From the IMG/VR virus record IMGVR_UViG_3300046674_000414, positions 1-58,354 of that record: a stretch of DNA of 58,354 nucleotides; one strand, 5' to 3'. This document shows positions 9,935 through 19,471 of the stretch, piece by piece. Under the pieces are notes generated by a model. That model worked only from the letters and a program-made list of their open reading frames with translations. It was not told where the DNA came from and made no database searches. This stretch comes from a virus. The translations under genes were made by a program, and so were the position numbers. Each line of letters begins with the position of its first letter. Positions within the stretch are counted from its first letter, which is position 1.

Positions 9935-10350
9935 CGGAGTACGGGGAGGCCGTCGAGTGGGACGTGGCCCACTACTGGCCGGGCCGCTCCCTCCTGGAGC
10001 TGTACCGGGGGGAGATGTCGTGGCGTGAGCTGCGCGTCTTCCTCCGCTATCTGCCGCACGACTCGGCGACCGCGCGTGCGGTGCGCGGGGTCACGCCGGA
10101 GGAAGAGACCTGGACGCTCGACCGGCAGCTCCTCGCGAGTGCCGTCGACGCGATCCGGGAGAACACCTTCATGGCGGTCAAGCTGGGCGGCGACCCGAAG
10201 AAGACGGGCCGCTTGAAACCGCCGCGGCCGATCCCGCGCCCCGGTGTCGAGGAACCGCAGAAGGCAAACGTGATCCGGTTCGGCGGCCGTCACGGCTCCG
10301 GAGCGAAACAACTGGCAGGTCTGTTCGGGAGGCCCGCCGCGAACCAGTAG
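9605..10350 (+). CDS. Tail assembly chaperone, -1 frameshift fusion (G-T-like)
   Basis: The -1 frame is open from 9877 to 10350 and overlaps the G ORF end. G5 runs at 9892-9896 and 9904-9908 lie in the overlap. Confidence 0.7.
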
Positions 10351-10363
10351 GTGGGGGTGCGCG

Positions 10364-13300
10364 GTGGCCGGTCCCGGTGGCGTCCTCGTCGGACGCGGAT
10401 ACGTGTCGATCCGGCCCGAGTTCGAGGGCAACTGGTCCCGCTCCGTCAACGCCCGCGCCTCCAGCGCGGGCAGCGCCGGCGCTGGCGCCTTCAGTAAGGC
10501 GTTCGGGGTCGGCCTCAAGGGGATCGGCGCGCTCGCGGGCGTAGCTATCGCGGCGAACCTCAACGCCACCGCCGCCGGTGCGGCCGTCCTGGCGCCCGCA
10601 CTGACGACCGCCGCTGCCGCCGCGGGCGCGCTCAAGCTGGGTCTGTCCGGTGTCGGTGACGCGTTCAAGGCGGCGTTCGCCGACGGTGGTGCGGACGCGA
10701 AGGCGGCGGCCTCGGCGACGAAGGCCGTCGAGGGTGCTCAGCGCGGGCTGGCGAACGCCCAGCGGGCGCTCGCGCAGGCACGCGTGGACGCGGCCAAGCG
10801 CGTCCAGGACGCGCAGCGTGGCGTCCTGGACGCCGAGCGGGACTTGGCGGACGCCCAGCGGGATGCCCGTGATGTGCAGGCGGACCTCAACTCCGCACGC
10901 GTGGAGGCGATGCGGGCGCTGGAGGACATGAACCTGCGCCTGGAGCAGTCGCAGCTGGACGAGCGCGACGCCGTCCTGCGACTGACCGAGGCACAGAAAG
11001 ACCTCACCACCGCGCAGGCGAACCCCGGCACGACGCCGGAACAACTGGCGAAGATCCAGCTCGCCTACGACAAGGCCGCACTGAACCTGCGAGAGCAGCG
11101 CAGCGAGACGAAGCGGCTGACCGACGACACCAAGGCCGCGAACAAGGCCGGCGTCGAGGGAAGTGCCCAAGTCGTCGCGGCGAAGAAGAAGATCTCCGAC
11201 GCGAACGAGACGGTCGCCGACAAGGAGCGCGCGCTCTCGGACGCCCAGCGGGGCGTGGCTGAGGCGCGCGCGGATGGCGCCCGGCAGGTCGCCGACGCAC
11301 AGCGGGCCGTCGCGGACGCTGCGGCGGCCGTCGCGGATGCGCAGGCGGCTGCGGCGGCACAGACATCGCAGCTCGACGAGGCGATGTCCAAGCTGGCGCC
11401 GAACGCGCGGAGTTTCGTCTCCGCGATTCAAGGGCTCGCGCCGGCTTGGACGGACATGCGCCTGTCGGTGCAGAACGCCCTCTTCCAGGGCCTGGACGCC
11501 ACGGTCACGCAGCTCGGCCGTACGACGATCCCGATCCTGAAGCGGCAGCTGACCGGCACCGCAAGCGTCTGGAACGACATCGCGAAGAGCGCGGCGTCCG
11601 GCATCCAGGAGATGGCCAAGTCAGGACTCCTCGACAAGATCCTTTCGGGTGCGACGACGAACCTCGCGGCGTTCAAGGACACCCCGAAGCAGATCCTCAC
11701 CGCGTTCGGCCAGCTCTCGGTCGCCGCGCAGCCTGCGTTCAACCGGCTCCTGACCCAGTTCACCGGGGCGATCAAGTCGTTCACCGACGGCATCGCCAAG
11801 AGCTTCGAGTCGGGCGGTCTTCAGCAGGCCATCGACACCGCGTTCCAGATCCTGTCCGGATTCGGAACCCTCCTCGGCAACGTCCTCGGCGTCGTCTCAC
11901 AGATCTTCAAGGCCGCCGCCGACGCGGGCGGCCAGATCGTCGGCGTGCTCGGAACCGTCTTCGGCGAGATCAAGAAGATCCTCGCGGCGCCCGCCATGCA
12001 GGCCACGCTGAGGCAGCTGTTCACGTCGATCGCGCAGATCGTCGGCGCGCTCGTGCCTGTCATCGGCAGCATCGTGCAGGCGATCGTGCCGCTCATCGCG
12101 GCGCTTGCCCAGCCGATCACCGAACTCGCCGTCGTCCTCGGCCCGGTCCTGACCCAGCTCGTCTCCGTGCTGGGCGCCGCCCTGATGCCGGTCATCAAGG
12201 CGCTCATGCCGGTCCTGGTGCAGGTGGGCACAGCGATCGTGGAGATCGTCCGCGCGGTCATGCCCCTGCTTCAGCCGATCGCCGACCTGATCGCCGGGGT
12301 CATTCTCGCGCTCGCGCCCGCACTGACACCGATCATCGCGGTCATCCAGCAGATCGTCGCCGTACTCATTGGCCCGCTCTCCCGGATCGTCAAGGCACTC
12401 ACGCCGGTCCTGGTGCAGGTCGGCGGAATCATTGCCCAGGTGTTCCAGGCGCTGGAGCCGTTTCTAGCGCCGCTGGTCAGCCTGCTCGGGCAGGTCGCCG
12501 AACTCGTTGCGAAGGTGTTCGCGGCCGCGCTGGGGCAGCTCATGACCGCGCTCAAGCCGCTCCTGCCGATCGGCATGCGCCTGATCAACGAGGTGTTCGG
12601 CGCGCTCACGCCGATCCTGCCCGTGCTGAGCGATGCCATCAGCGTGATCGTGGATGCGTTCCTGTCGATGGTCGGCCCCCTCGGGCAGGCGTACTCCGGC
12701 CTGGCCCAGAAGCTCCTGCCGGTCGTGACGAAGCTCCTGCCGGTCATCGGGGACCTGGCGGGCATCTTCGTGGACGCCCTCGCGGACGTGCTGCCAGTGC
12801 TGGCCGACGCGTTCCTGAAGCTAGTGGCTGCGGTCGTGCCGATTCTGCCGATGCTCGGCGATCTCCTCGGGCTGGCTCTGTCGGTGTCGGTCGGGCTGAT
12901 TGTGCAGTTGCTGCCGTCGCTGGTCGACCTCATCAAGGCGGTTGTGGACCTGGCGGTCGCTCTGGTGCCGATTCTGCCTCCGCTCGCCGAACTGATCGGC
13001 CTGGTGGTGGAGCTTGCGGTCCGTGTCCTGAACTGGCTGCTGCCGCCGCTGTTGAGCCTGGCGAAGTTCCTGATCGGCGGAGTGGCCAAGGCTCTTTCGA
13101 CGGTGATCGGCTGGGTGACCGGCCTCGTCAAGGTGGCCTCCGGCCTGATCGGCTGGGTGGCACGCCTGGGTTCGGCGTTCACTGGACTGCGGGACAAGTC
13201 CATCTCGGCGTGGAACGGGATCAAGAACGGCATCGGGAGCGCCTGGGCGTGGATCAGGCAGAACGTCCTGTCGCCGATCGGTACGTTCTTCACCAAGACG

Positions 13301-14710
13301 ATTCCGGGCTGGGCGGCCACCCTGAAGAACAAGATGGTCGGCGCGTTCGACGCCGCGCGGGCAGGCATCAAGACCGCCTGGGACAAGATCAAGGGAATCG
13401 CCCGGGAGCCCATCCAGTACGTCGTCGACATCGTCTACAACAGGGGCATCGTCGGCGTCTGGAACAAGATCGCGGGCGCGTTCGGCGCGCCCAAGCTGGC
13501 CACCTACAAGTTCGCCCGGGGCGGCATCCTTCCTGGCTACACGCCGGGCCGCGATCCGCACCGGTTCTACTCGCCCACGGGCGGGGCGCTGGAGATGTCC
13601 GGCGGTGAGGCCATCATGCGGCCGGAGTTCACCCGCGGCGTGGGTGCCGGTTTCGTCGGCTACTTCAACCGGCTCGCGAAGAGCCGCGGCGCGGCCGGGG
13701 TCCGGGCGGCTCTGGCGCCGGTCCTCGGCGGGAACCCGGACACGCCGGTCGACCGCTCCCTGCGTTACGCCGACGGCGGGGTGGCGCAGCGCTTCGCGGA
13801 TGGCGGGATTTTCGGCTGGATCAAGAACGCCGGGTCGGCCGTGCTGGGTGCGGGATCGGCGGCGTGGAACAAGGTCAAGGAGGGCGCAAGCTGGCTGACC
13901 GACCTGCTGGAGTCGTCCGCGCGCGCGGGCGTGACGCACGTCGTCGACCCGCTCCTGCGGTCGTTCCCCGGCATGTCCACGGGGTTCGGCCAGATGCTGC
14001 GCCGCATTCCGTCCAGGATGATCGACGCCCTGTTCGGCTACAGCAAGGAGGCCGACAAGCAGGGCGGCGGCGGCCTCGGCGGCCCGAAGATCCAGGCGGC
14101 GCTTCGGTGGGCGAAAACCCAGAATGGGTTGCCGTACCAGTGGGGCGGCAACGGCAACCCCAGCTGGGACTGCTCCGGCCTGATGTCGGCGATCGAGTCC
14201 GTCCTCCGCGGGGAGAAGCCGCATCGCCGCTGGTCGACGCACGCGTTCTCCGGGAAAACAGCGCCCCCCGGCTGGGTGTACCACGGCAACAGCCCGTTCC
14301 GCGTTGGAATCACCGCGGCCGGCGTCGGGCACACGGCGGGCACGCTCGGCGGCACGAAGGTCGAGTCGCGCGGTGGTGACGGTGTGGCCGTCGGCAACAG
14401 GGCCCGCGGCTACAACGACAAGTTGTTCACCTCGTGGTACGGCTTCAAGCCGGGGTCGTATGACTCGGGCGGCTACCTCCAGCCCGGGTTCAACCTCGCC
14501 TACAACGGCACGGGCAGGCCGGAGCCGGTGTTCACGACGGCGCAGGCCAACGCGCTCACCTCGCTCGCGGCGCAGGCCCAGACCGGTCCGGCGCAGTTCG
14601 AGGGCGACCTGTACCTCGACTCGGGCGAACTCCTCGGCGTGGTCCGGGGCGTGATGGATCAGCGGGACCGCCAGCTCGTATCGACCCTGCGCGCCGGCCG
14701 GAAGGGGTGA
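10364..14710 (+). CDS. Tape measure protein with C-terminal NlpC/P60-like peptidase domain
   Basis: 1448 aa with a long Ala/Leu/Val-rich helical core. Near the C-terminus: LPYQWGGNGNPSWDCSGL...GHTAG. Confidence 0.9.
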   Translation: MAGPGGVLVGRGYVSIRPEFEGNWSRSVNARASSAGSAGAGAFSKAFGVGLKGIGALAGVAIAANLNATAAGAAVLAPALTTAAAAAGALKLGLSGVGDAFKAAFADGGADAKAAASATKAVEGAQRGLANAQRALAQARVDAAKRVQDAQRGVLDAERDLADAQRDARDVQADLNSARVEAMRALEDMNLRLEQSQLDERDAVLRLTEAQKDLTTAQANPGTTPEQLAKIQLAYDKAALNLREQRSETKRLTDDTKAANKAGVEGSAQVVAAKKKISDANETVADKERALSDAQRGVAEARADGARQVADAQRAVADAAAAVADAQAAAAAQTSQLDEAMSKLAPNARSFVSAIQGLAPAWTDMRLSVQNALFQGLDATVTQLGRTTIPILKRQLTGTASVWNDIAKSAASGIQEMAKSGLLDKILSGATTNLAAFKDTPKQILTAFGQLSVAAQPAFNRLLTQFTGAIKSFTDGIAKSFESGGLQQAIDTAFQILSGFGTLLGNVLGVVSQIFKAAADAGGQIVGVLGTVFGEIKKILAAPAMQATLRQLFTSIAQIVGALVPVIGSIVQAIVPLIAALAQPITELAVVLGPVLTQLVSVLGAALMPVIKALMPVLVQVGTAIVEIVRAVMPLLQPIADLIAGVILALAPALTPIIAVIQQIVAVLIGPLSRIVKALTPVLVQVGGIIAQVFQALEPFLAPLVSLLGQVAELVAKVFAAALGQLMTALKPLLPIGMRLINEVFGALTPILPVLSDAISVIVDAFLSMVGPLGQAYSGLAQKLLPVVTKLLPVIGDLAGIFVDALADVLPVLADAFLKLVAAVVPILPMLGDLLGLALSVSVGLIVQLLPSLVDLIKAVVDLAVALVPILPPLAELIGLVVELAVRVLNWLLPPLLSLAKFLIGGVAKALSTVIGWVTGLVKVASGLIGWVARLGSAFTGLRDKSISAWNGIKNGIGSAWAWIRQNVLSPIGTFFTKTIPGWAATLKNKMVGAFDAARAGIKTAWDKIKGIAREPIQYVVDIVYNRGIVGVWNKIAGAFGAPKLATYKFARGGILPGYTPGRDPHRFYSPTGGALEMSGGEAIMRPEFTRGVGAGFVGYFNRLAKSRGAAGVRAALAPVLGGNPDTPVDRSLRYADGGVAQRFADGGIFGWIKNAGSAVLGAGSAAWNKVKEGASWLTDLLESSARAGVTHVVDPLLRSFPGMSTGFGQMLRRIPSRMIDALFGYSKEADKQGGGGLGGPKIQAALRWAKTQNGLPYQWGGNGNPSWDCSGLMSAIESVLRGEKPHRRWSTHAFSGKTAPPGWVYHGNSPFRVGITAAGVGHTAGTLGGTKVESRGGDGVAVGNRARGYNDKLFTSWYGFKPGSYDSGGYLQPGFNLAYNGTGRPEPVFTTAQANALTSLAAQAQTGPAQFEGDLYLDSGELLGVVRGVMDQRDRQLVSTLRAGRKG

Positions 14711-14713
14711 GTC

Positions 14714-16945
14714 ATGCCGATCCCCGGGAACTTCCTGTCGGAGACGACGAGCACGGTCGATCCGAACACGTCGGGCTGGGCGGTCAAGACCAACTGCACG
14801 CTCAGCCGCGGTACGGGCGGCACGGTCACTGACGGCTGCCTGCTGATGAAGTCGGTGGCCAGCGGTGAGATGCAGTGTCGGACGGTGGCATCGTATCCGG
14901 TGATCCAGGGCACCGAGTACGTCACCTTCGCGGACGCATCGAGCGGCACGGTGCCGGAGCGGATCGGTATCCGCTGGCTGAACGCGTCGTCCACGGAGAT
15001 CAGTATCACGTGGTCTTTGTCGACGGCGACGGCGACGGCGGCGTGGCATCGGATCGGGGTGGCGGACTGGGCTCCGGACGGTGCGACGCAGGCGCAGGTC
15101 GTGTACTCGTCGACCCCTGCCGCCGGCGGGGTCAACTCGTTCCTCGACAACATCTACTTCGGGCTGCCACAGAGGACCGTGGGCAACCTCCTCAGCGCGA
15201 ATGCGGAGACCAGCGAGCGGGCGTCGGGCTGGGAGTACGTGGCGGTAACGAACTGCACGGTCTCCCGGACGGTCCCGGCGGTGAGTTGGTCGGCTACGAA
15301 CTACTCGGCTGGCGGTCACGTCGCGACGATGACCGTGACGGCGAACGGTGCGGCGGAGTTCCGCAGCACGGACTGGCCGACGGTGACGCCGGGGCAGCAG
15401 TATCTGGGGTACGCCTACCTCAACCCGCCCGCGAGCGGGAGCGCGGCGTGGATCGAGCTGAGGTTCTACAACTCCAGCTTCGCGCAGATCCAGGCAACGC
15501 GGTCGGTGCTCACCGCGCCGGGTACGGGCTGGTACCGGCAACGCGTCTCGGACTATGCCCCGGCGGGCGCGGTGTACGCGACGGTTGCTTTCGGCCTCAG
15601 TGCGGCGACGGCTGGGCAGGTGCTGCGGACGGACGCGGCGGGGATCATCGCCAATCCGCAGGTGTACGCGTCCGTCGCGTCCGTGCTGCCGTTCAGGGAC
15701 GCGTCGTTCGAGGCGACCGCCAGCGGGTGGACGGTCGTCTCCGGGGTGGCGACGCTGGCCCGACTGGAGCCGTGGGGCACGGACGCCCTGGACGGCTCGT
15801 ACTGCATGGCCGTGTCGTCGGCGACCGCCACGACCAGCGTCATCCGCACCGGGCGCTGCCCTGTGGGGGCGGCCGCGGGGCAGGCGTGGACGGTGCAGAC
15901 CGGGGCCAAGGTCGCGTCGGGTGGCTGGACGATCAGCCGGGCGATCCGCTGGTACGACGCCGCGAACGTGGACCTCGGGGCGACGGCGTCGGTGGCGGCT
16001 GCTGCACCGACGCCAGGGTGGTGGCTGCTGGGGATACAGCATATTGCCCCGGCGGGGGCGACGCAGGCGGCGGTGGAGTACACGCTGACGGCGACCGCGA
16101 CGTCGTCGGTGCTGCGGATGGACCGGGTGGGGTTGTGGCAGGCGGTACCGCTGGCGGAGGCCACGGTCACCGCGGCCACGGCGTCGGTGACGGTGACGTT
16201 GCGGGAGCTGACGTCGGGGACGATCACGGTGTGGCGGGTCACCCCGGATGGGGCCCGGACGCTGGTGCGCGGCGTGTCGGGCCTGCTGGACGGGGTCGTG
16301 CAGGCGGCGGACACGCTTGTCATCGAGGACTATGAGGCGCCGCTGGCGACGCCGGTGACGTACTACGCGGAGGTCCGGTCGGGCGGCACGGTCACGCAGA
16401 CCCGGCAGGTCGGCCCCCGCACGATCCCCCATGATGATCCGAATGTGGCGTGGCTGAAGGACCCTGGGAACCCGCAGCGGAACATGCTGGTGATGGTGCA
16501 TCGGGCGCCGGACTGGCAGCGGGAGATCGGGCAGGCTGAGTATCGGGTCCGGGGTCGCCGGAACTCGGTGATCCACTCCGATGTCCGGGGTGGCCTGGCC
16601 GGAGACCTGACTGTGTGGACGCGGTCGGACTCCGAGCGGGCCGCGCTCCACTGGCTCCTCGACAGCGGCAACGTCCTGCTGTGGCAGGCCGTCCCGGGGA
16701 TGGGCGTCGACGACACCTATGTCAGCGTCGGCGCCATCACCGAGGGCCGGGTGAGCCCGGTGGCGACCGAGGTGTGGCGGGAGTGGACGCTCCCCCTCAA
16801 ACAGGCGGACATGCCGGTGACGGTCGGGGTCGCGTCGTCGGCGGGCCGGACGTGGCAGGACATCCTCACCGAGTACGCCACCTGGAACGACGTCCTCGTC
16901 GCCTTCGCCACCTGGGAAAAGGTCCTCCTCAACCAGCCGAAGTAG
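14714..16945 (+). CDS. Distal tail protein (Dit-like) with three N-terminal CBM-like modules
   Basis: 743 aa. Three roughly 160-aa repeats share the pattern ..SGW......C/A.(L/V)SR...G.......W...AP.GAT.A.V, followed by a siphovirus tail-family C-terminal half. Confidence 0.75.
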   Translation: MPIPGNFLSETTSTVDPNTSGWAVKTNCTLSRGTGGTVTDGCLLMKSVASGEMQCRTVASYPVIQGTEYVTFADASSGTVPERIGIRWLNASSTEISITWSLSTATATAAWHRIGVADWAPDGATQAQVVYSSTPAAGGVNSFLDNIYFGLPQRTVGNLLSANAETSERASGWEYVAVTNCTVSRTVPAVSWSATNYSAGGHVATMTVTANGAAEFRSTDWPTVTPGQQYLGYAYLNPPASGSAAWIELRFYNSSFAQIQATRSVLTAPGTGWYRQRVSDYAPAGAVYATVAFGLSAATAGQVLRTDAAGIIANPQVYASVASVLPFRDASFEATASGWTVVSGVATLARLEPWGTDALDGSYCMAVSSATATTSVIRTGRCPVGAAAGQAWTVQTGAKVASGGWTISRAIRWYDAANVDLGATASVAAAAPTPGWWLLGIQHIAPAGATQAAVEYTLTATATSSVLRMDRVGLWQAVPLAEATVTAATASVTVTLRELTSGTITVWRVTPDGARTLVRGVSGLLDGVVQAADTLVIEDYEAPLATPVTYYAEVRSGGTVTQTRQVGPRTIPHDDPNVAWLKDPGNPQRNMLVMVHRAPDWQREIGQAEYRVRGRRNSVIHSDVRGGLAGDLTVWTRSDSERAALHWLLDSGNVLLWQAVPGMGVDDTYVSVGAITEGRVSPVATEVWREWTLPLKQADMPVTVGVASSAGRTWQDILTEYATWNDVLVAFATWEKVLLNQPK

Positions 16946-16956
16946 GGGAGGTCGCG

Positions 16957-18048
16957 GTGTACTCGGTATCCGCCCGCTTCCTCCAGGCCATCGTCGAATC
17001 ACACACCCCGATCACTGAGGTCGCGCTCTTCCGGACAGACGGCAGCGTGGAGCGTCTCGCCCATACGGGCGGGTCGGTGTCGGTGGATCGGGGGTCGGCG
17101 TGCAGGCGGACGTGCACGGTGACGCTCGCGGACGCTGGGCTGATCCCCCGGACCCCGGCCGACAAACTGTCGGTGTACGGGGCCCGGCTGAGGATCTCGC
17201 GCGGGGTGCAGTACTCCGATGGCACGCAGGAGCTGGTGCCGCTCGGGGTGTTCCGTGTCGACGAGGTCGGCGGTGATGTCGACGAGGGCCCGGTCACGAT
17301 CAGCGGCAAGTCGCTGGAGTGCGCAATCGCCGACGACAAGTTCACGGTCCCGTATCGGGCCAGCGGGACGGCGGTCGGCGCGATCACGGCGCTCATCCAG
17401 CGGTCCATCCCGGACGCCATCGTCATCAACGTGGCGACGGATGCGGCGATCGGCCCGCGGACATGGGACGTCGAGGCCGATCCGTGGGCGGCGGTGATCG
17501 AGCTGGCGGCGGCGATCGGCGCCACCGCCTACTGCGACCCGGACGGCGTGTTCACCGTCGCTGAGCTGCCCGACCTGGCGACGGCGACCCCGGTGTGGAC
17601 GATCGCCGCGGGGGAGGGCGGGGCGTACGTGTCCGCCTCCCGCGGGATGACCGCCGACAAGGTCTACAACGCGGTGATGGCGCGCGGCGAGAACACGGAG
17701 GCCAACATCGCCCCGGTGTCAGTGCTGGTCGTCGACAACGACTCAGGCAGCCCGACCTACTGGAGCGGGCCGTTCGGGCGGCGTCCCCTCTTCTACTCCT
17801 CGTCCGTGCTGACGACGACGGCCGCGTGCACGGCGGCGGCCACCCTGCTGCTCCGATCTGCGACCGCCCCCAACGCCTCCGCCGACATCAGCAGCCTGCC
17901 GAACCCTGCGCTGGAGGTGGGGGACGTGCTGCGGGTCGTTTACCCGGACGGCTCCAAGGAGCTGCATCAGATCGCCAGCTTCAGCGTGCCGCTCGATGTC
18001 GGCGGGACCTTCACGATCCAGACCATTTCGGCGAAGGAGGGGGCGTGA
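16957..18048 (+). CDS. Minor tail protein (tail tip/hub-like)
   Basis: 363 aa from GTG 16957, after GGGGAGG. Follows the Dit-like gene. Confidence 0.7.
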   Translation: MYSVSARFLQAIVESHTPITEVALFRTDGSVERLAHTGGSVSVDRGSACRRTCTVTLADAGLIPRTPADKLSVYGARLRISRGVQYSDGTQELVPLGVFRVDEVGGDVDEGPVTISGKSLECAIADDKFTVPYRASGTAVGAITALIQRSIPDAIVINVATDAAIGPRTWDVEADPWAAVIELAAAIGATAYCDPDGVFTVAELPDLATATPVWTIAAGEGGAYVSASRGMTADKVYNAVMARGENTEANIAPVSVLVVDNDSGSPTYWSGPFGRRPLFYSSSVLTTTAACTAAATLLLRSATAPNASADISSLPNPALEVGDVLRVVYPDGSKELHQIASFSVPLDVGGTFTIQTISAKEGA

Positions 18049-18644
18049 GCAATTCGTCGATCATCGCCCTCGCCGATGCTCTCCAGCAGCAGGCCGTGGA
18101 TGCGGGCGCCGACGCCCCGGCGGTGCGTGGCGCGAACTGGCAGATGGCCGTCGTCAGCGCGGTCGCGTCGGACGGCACGCTCACGGCGGGCGGAATACCC
18201 GGCATCCGCAGGGTGGCCCGGTTCATCGATCCGGTGGTGGGCGACACGATCGTCATCACCCAGTCCGCCACCGGCAACTGGCTCGCCCTCGACAGGCTGG
18301 CCACGTCGATCGGGGAGTGGACCGTCCTCCCGCTCGCGTCCGGTTTCAGCGCGGCGGCGGGCTACTACGTTCCGTCGTATCGGATCATCGGCCGCGAGGT
18401 CCAACTCCGGGGCAGTGCCACCAAATCCACCACGCTCGTGTCCGGCGATGTGTGGGCGACACTGCCCGTCGGGGCCCGGCCGGGGACGGACATGGACATC
18501 GTGATGGGCATGACCCACGGCGTCAACGGGGCCAACTACGGGGCCTGCCGGGGCATCGTCCGCGCCAACGGCACCATCGAATACAGGGGCCCGTCCGTGT
18601 CGACGCTGGTGTTCCTGTCTCCCATGAGTTTCTGGATGAGTTGA
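18045..18644 (+). CDS. Minor tail protein
   Basis: 199 aa. GTGA overlap with the upstream stop. Confidence 0.6.
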   Translation: MSNSSIIALADALQQQAVDAGADAPAVRGANWQMAVVSAVASDGTLTAGGIPGIRRVARFIDPVVGDTIVITQSATGNWLALDRLATSIGEWTVLPLASGFSAAAGYYVPSYRIIGREVQLRGSATKSTTLVSGDVWATLPVGARPGTDMDIVMGMTHGVNGANYGACRGIVRANGTIEYRGPSVSTLVFLSPMSFWMS

Positions 18645-18657
18645 GAGGTCCGCACCC

Positions 18658-19287
18658 ATGCCAGACAGCTACGGGCAGAGCATTGCGATCCCCGCGCTCA
18701 CTGAAGCCCCGAATATCGCGGCCGTCGGCGCGGCCATTGACGCCGTGGTCGGCCGCACGGTCCTGCGGTTCGCTTCCGCGTCAGCCCGCGCCGCCAACCT
18801 CGCCGCTCCGGTCGAGGGCATGGTGTCGTGGCTCCAGGACGTCGACCGCGCGTACGTGTACGACGGGGCGGCGTGGGTCGAGCTGGCTCGCGCGCTCACG
18901 ACCCAGTTCGTCGAGGACACCACTAACCGGACCGTGACCAGCACTGGATACGTGAACGGCTCCAGCGCCCTGTCCACCACGATCACAGGCCCCCAGTCCG
19001 GCAAAATTGAGGTGGTCGCGTCGGTGCGCTGCGACAACTCCGTCGGCGCCAACACCTTGTCCAGCTTCAACGCCACCGGCTCCGGCACCGGCACCATCTA
19101 TACGGCCTCCGACGCTCCGGCCATTCAGTGGGCCAACACCGTGTCCGCCGGGCCGTTCGTCGCATCCGCTGTGATCTCCTGCACCCCCGGCGAGACCGTC
19201 ACCGTGATCCTCCAGCACCGGGTCGCCGCCGCATCGACCGGCAACCTCCGCTACCGCAGCCTCAAGGTGCGCCAGATCTGGATCTGA
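18658..19287 (+). CDS. Minor tail protein / fibre-like
   Basis: 209 aa. Last large gene of the tail block. Confidence 0.6.
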   Translation: MPDSYGQSIAIPALTEAPNIAAVGAAIDAVVGRTVLRFASASARAANLAAPVEGMVSWLQDVDRAYVYDGAAWVELARALTTQFVEDTTNRTVTSTGYVNGSSALSTTITGPQSGKIEVVASVRCDNSVGANTLSSFNATGSGTGTIYTASDAPAIQWANTVSAGPFVASAVISCTPGETVTVILQHRVAAASTGNLRYRSLKVRQIWI

Positions 19288-19296
19288 GAGGGCCCC

Positions 19297-19434
19297 GTGT
19301 CCGAACTCCCCACCGAACGGCCGGTAGAGCCGCGCCCCGACGACCACGCCGGCGACCTCGACACTCTGGTCGACATGGGCGTGATTCCGGCGGGGCCGTC
19401 TGAGCCTGAGCCCGTGGCGCCGACCGTGCCGTAA
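19297..19434 (+). CDS. Small hypothetical protein (45 aa)
   Basis: GTG-initiated, Pro/Glu/Asp-rich ORF translated by hand. No clear RBS. Confidence 0.3.
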   Translation: MSELPTERPVEPRPDDHAGDLDTLVDMGVIPAGPSEPEPVAPTVP

Positions 19435-19471
19435 CTGCCCCTTGTCCGCCTGACCTGAAAGGAGGCCGGGC

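Noticed and set aside
12821-17002. 1393-aa minus-strand ORF, and similar long antisense or off-frame ORFs such as 4947-6692(-), 52794-54653(-), 42520-43758(-) and 10178-11431(-)
   Set aside because: They are Arg/Pro/Gly-rich low-complexity translations, typical of non-coding frames in ~70% GC DNA. They lie antisense to genes with clear phage homology (tape measure, capsid) and lack RBS or operon logic.
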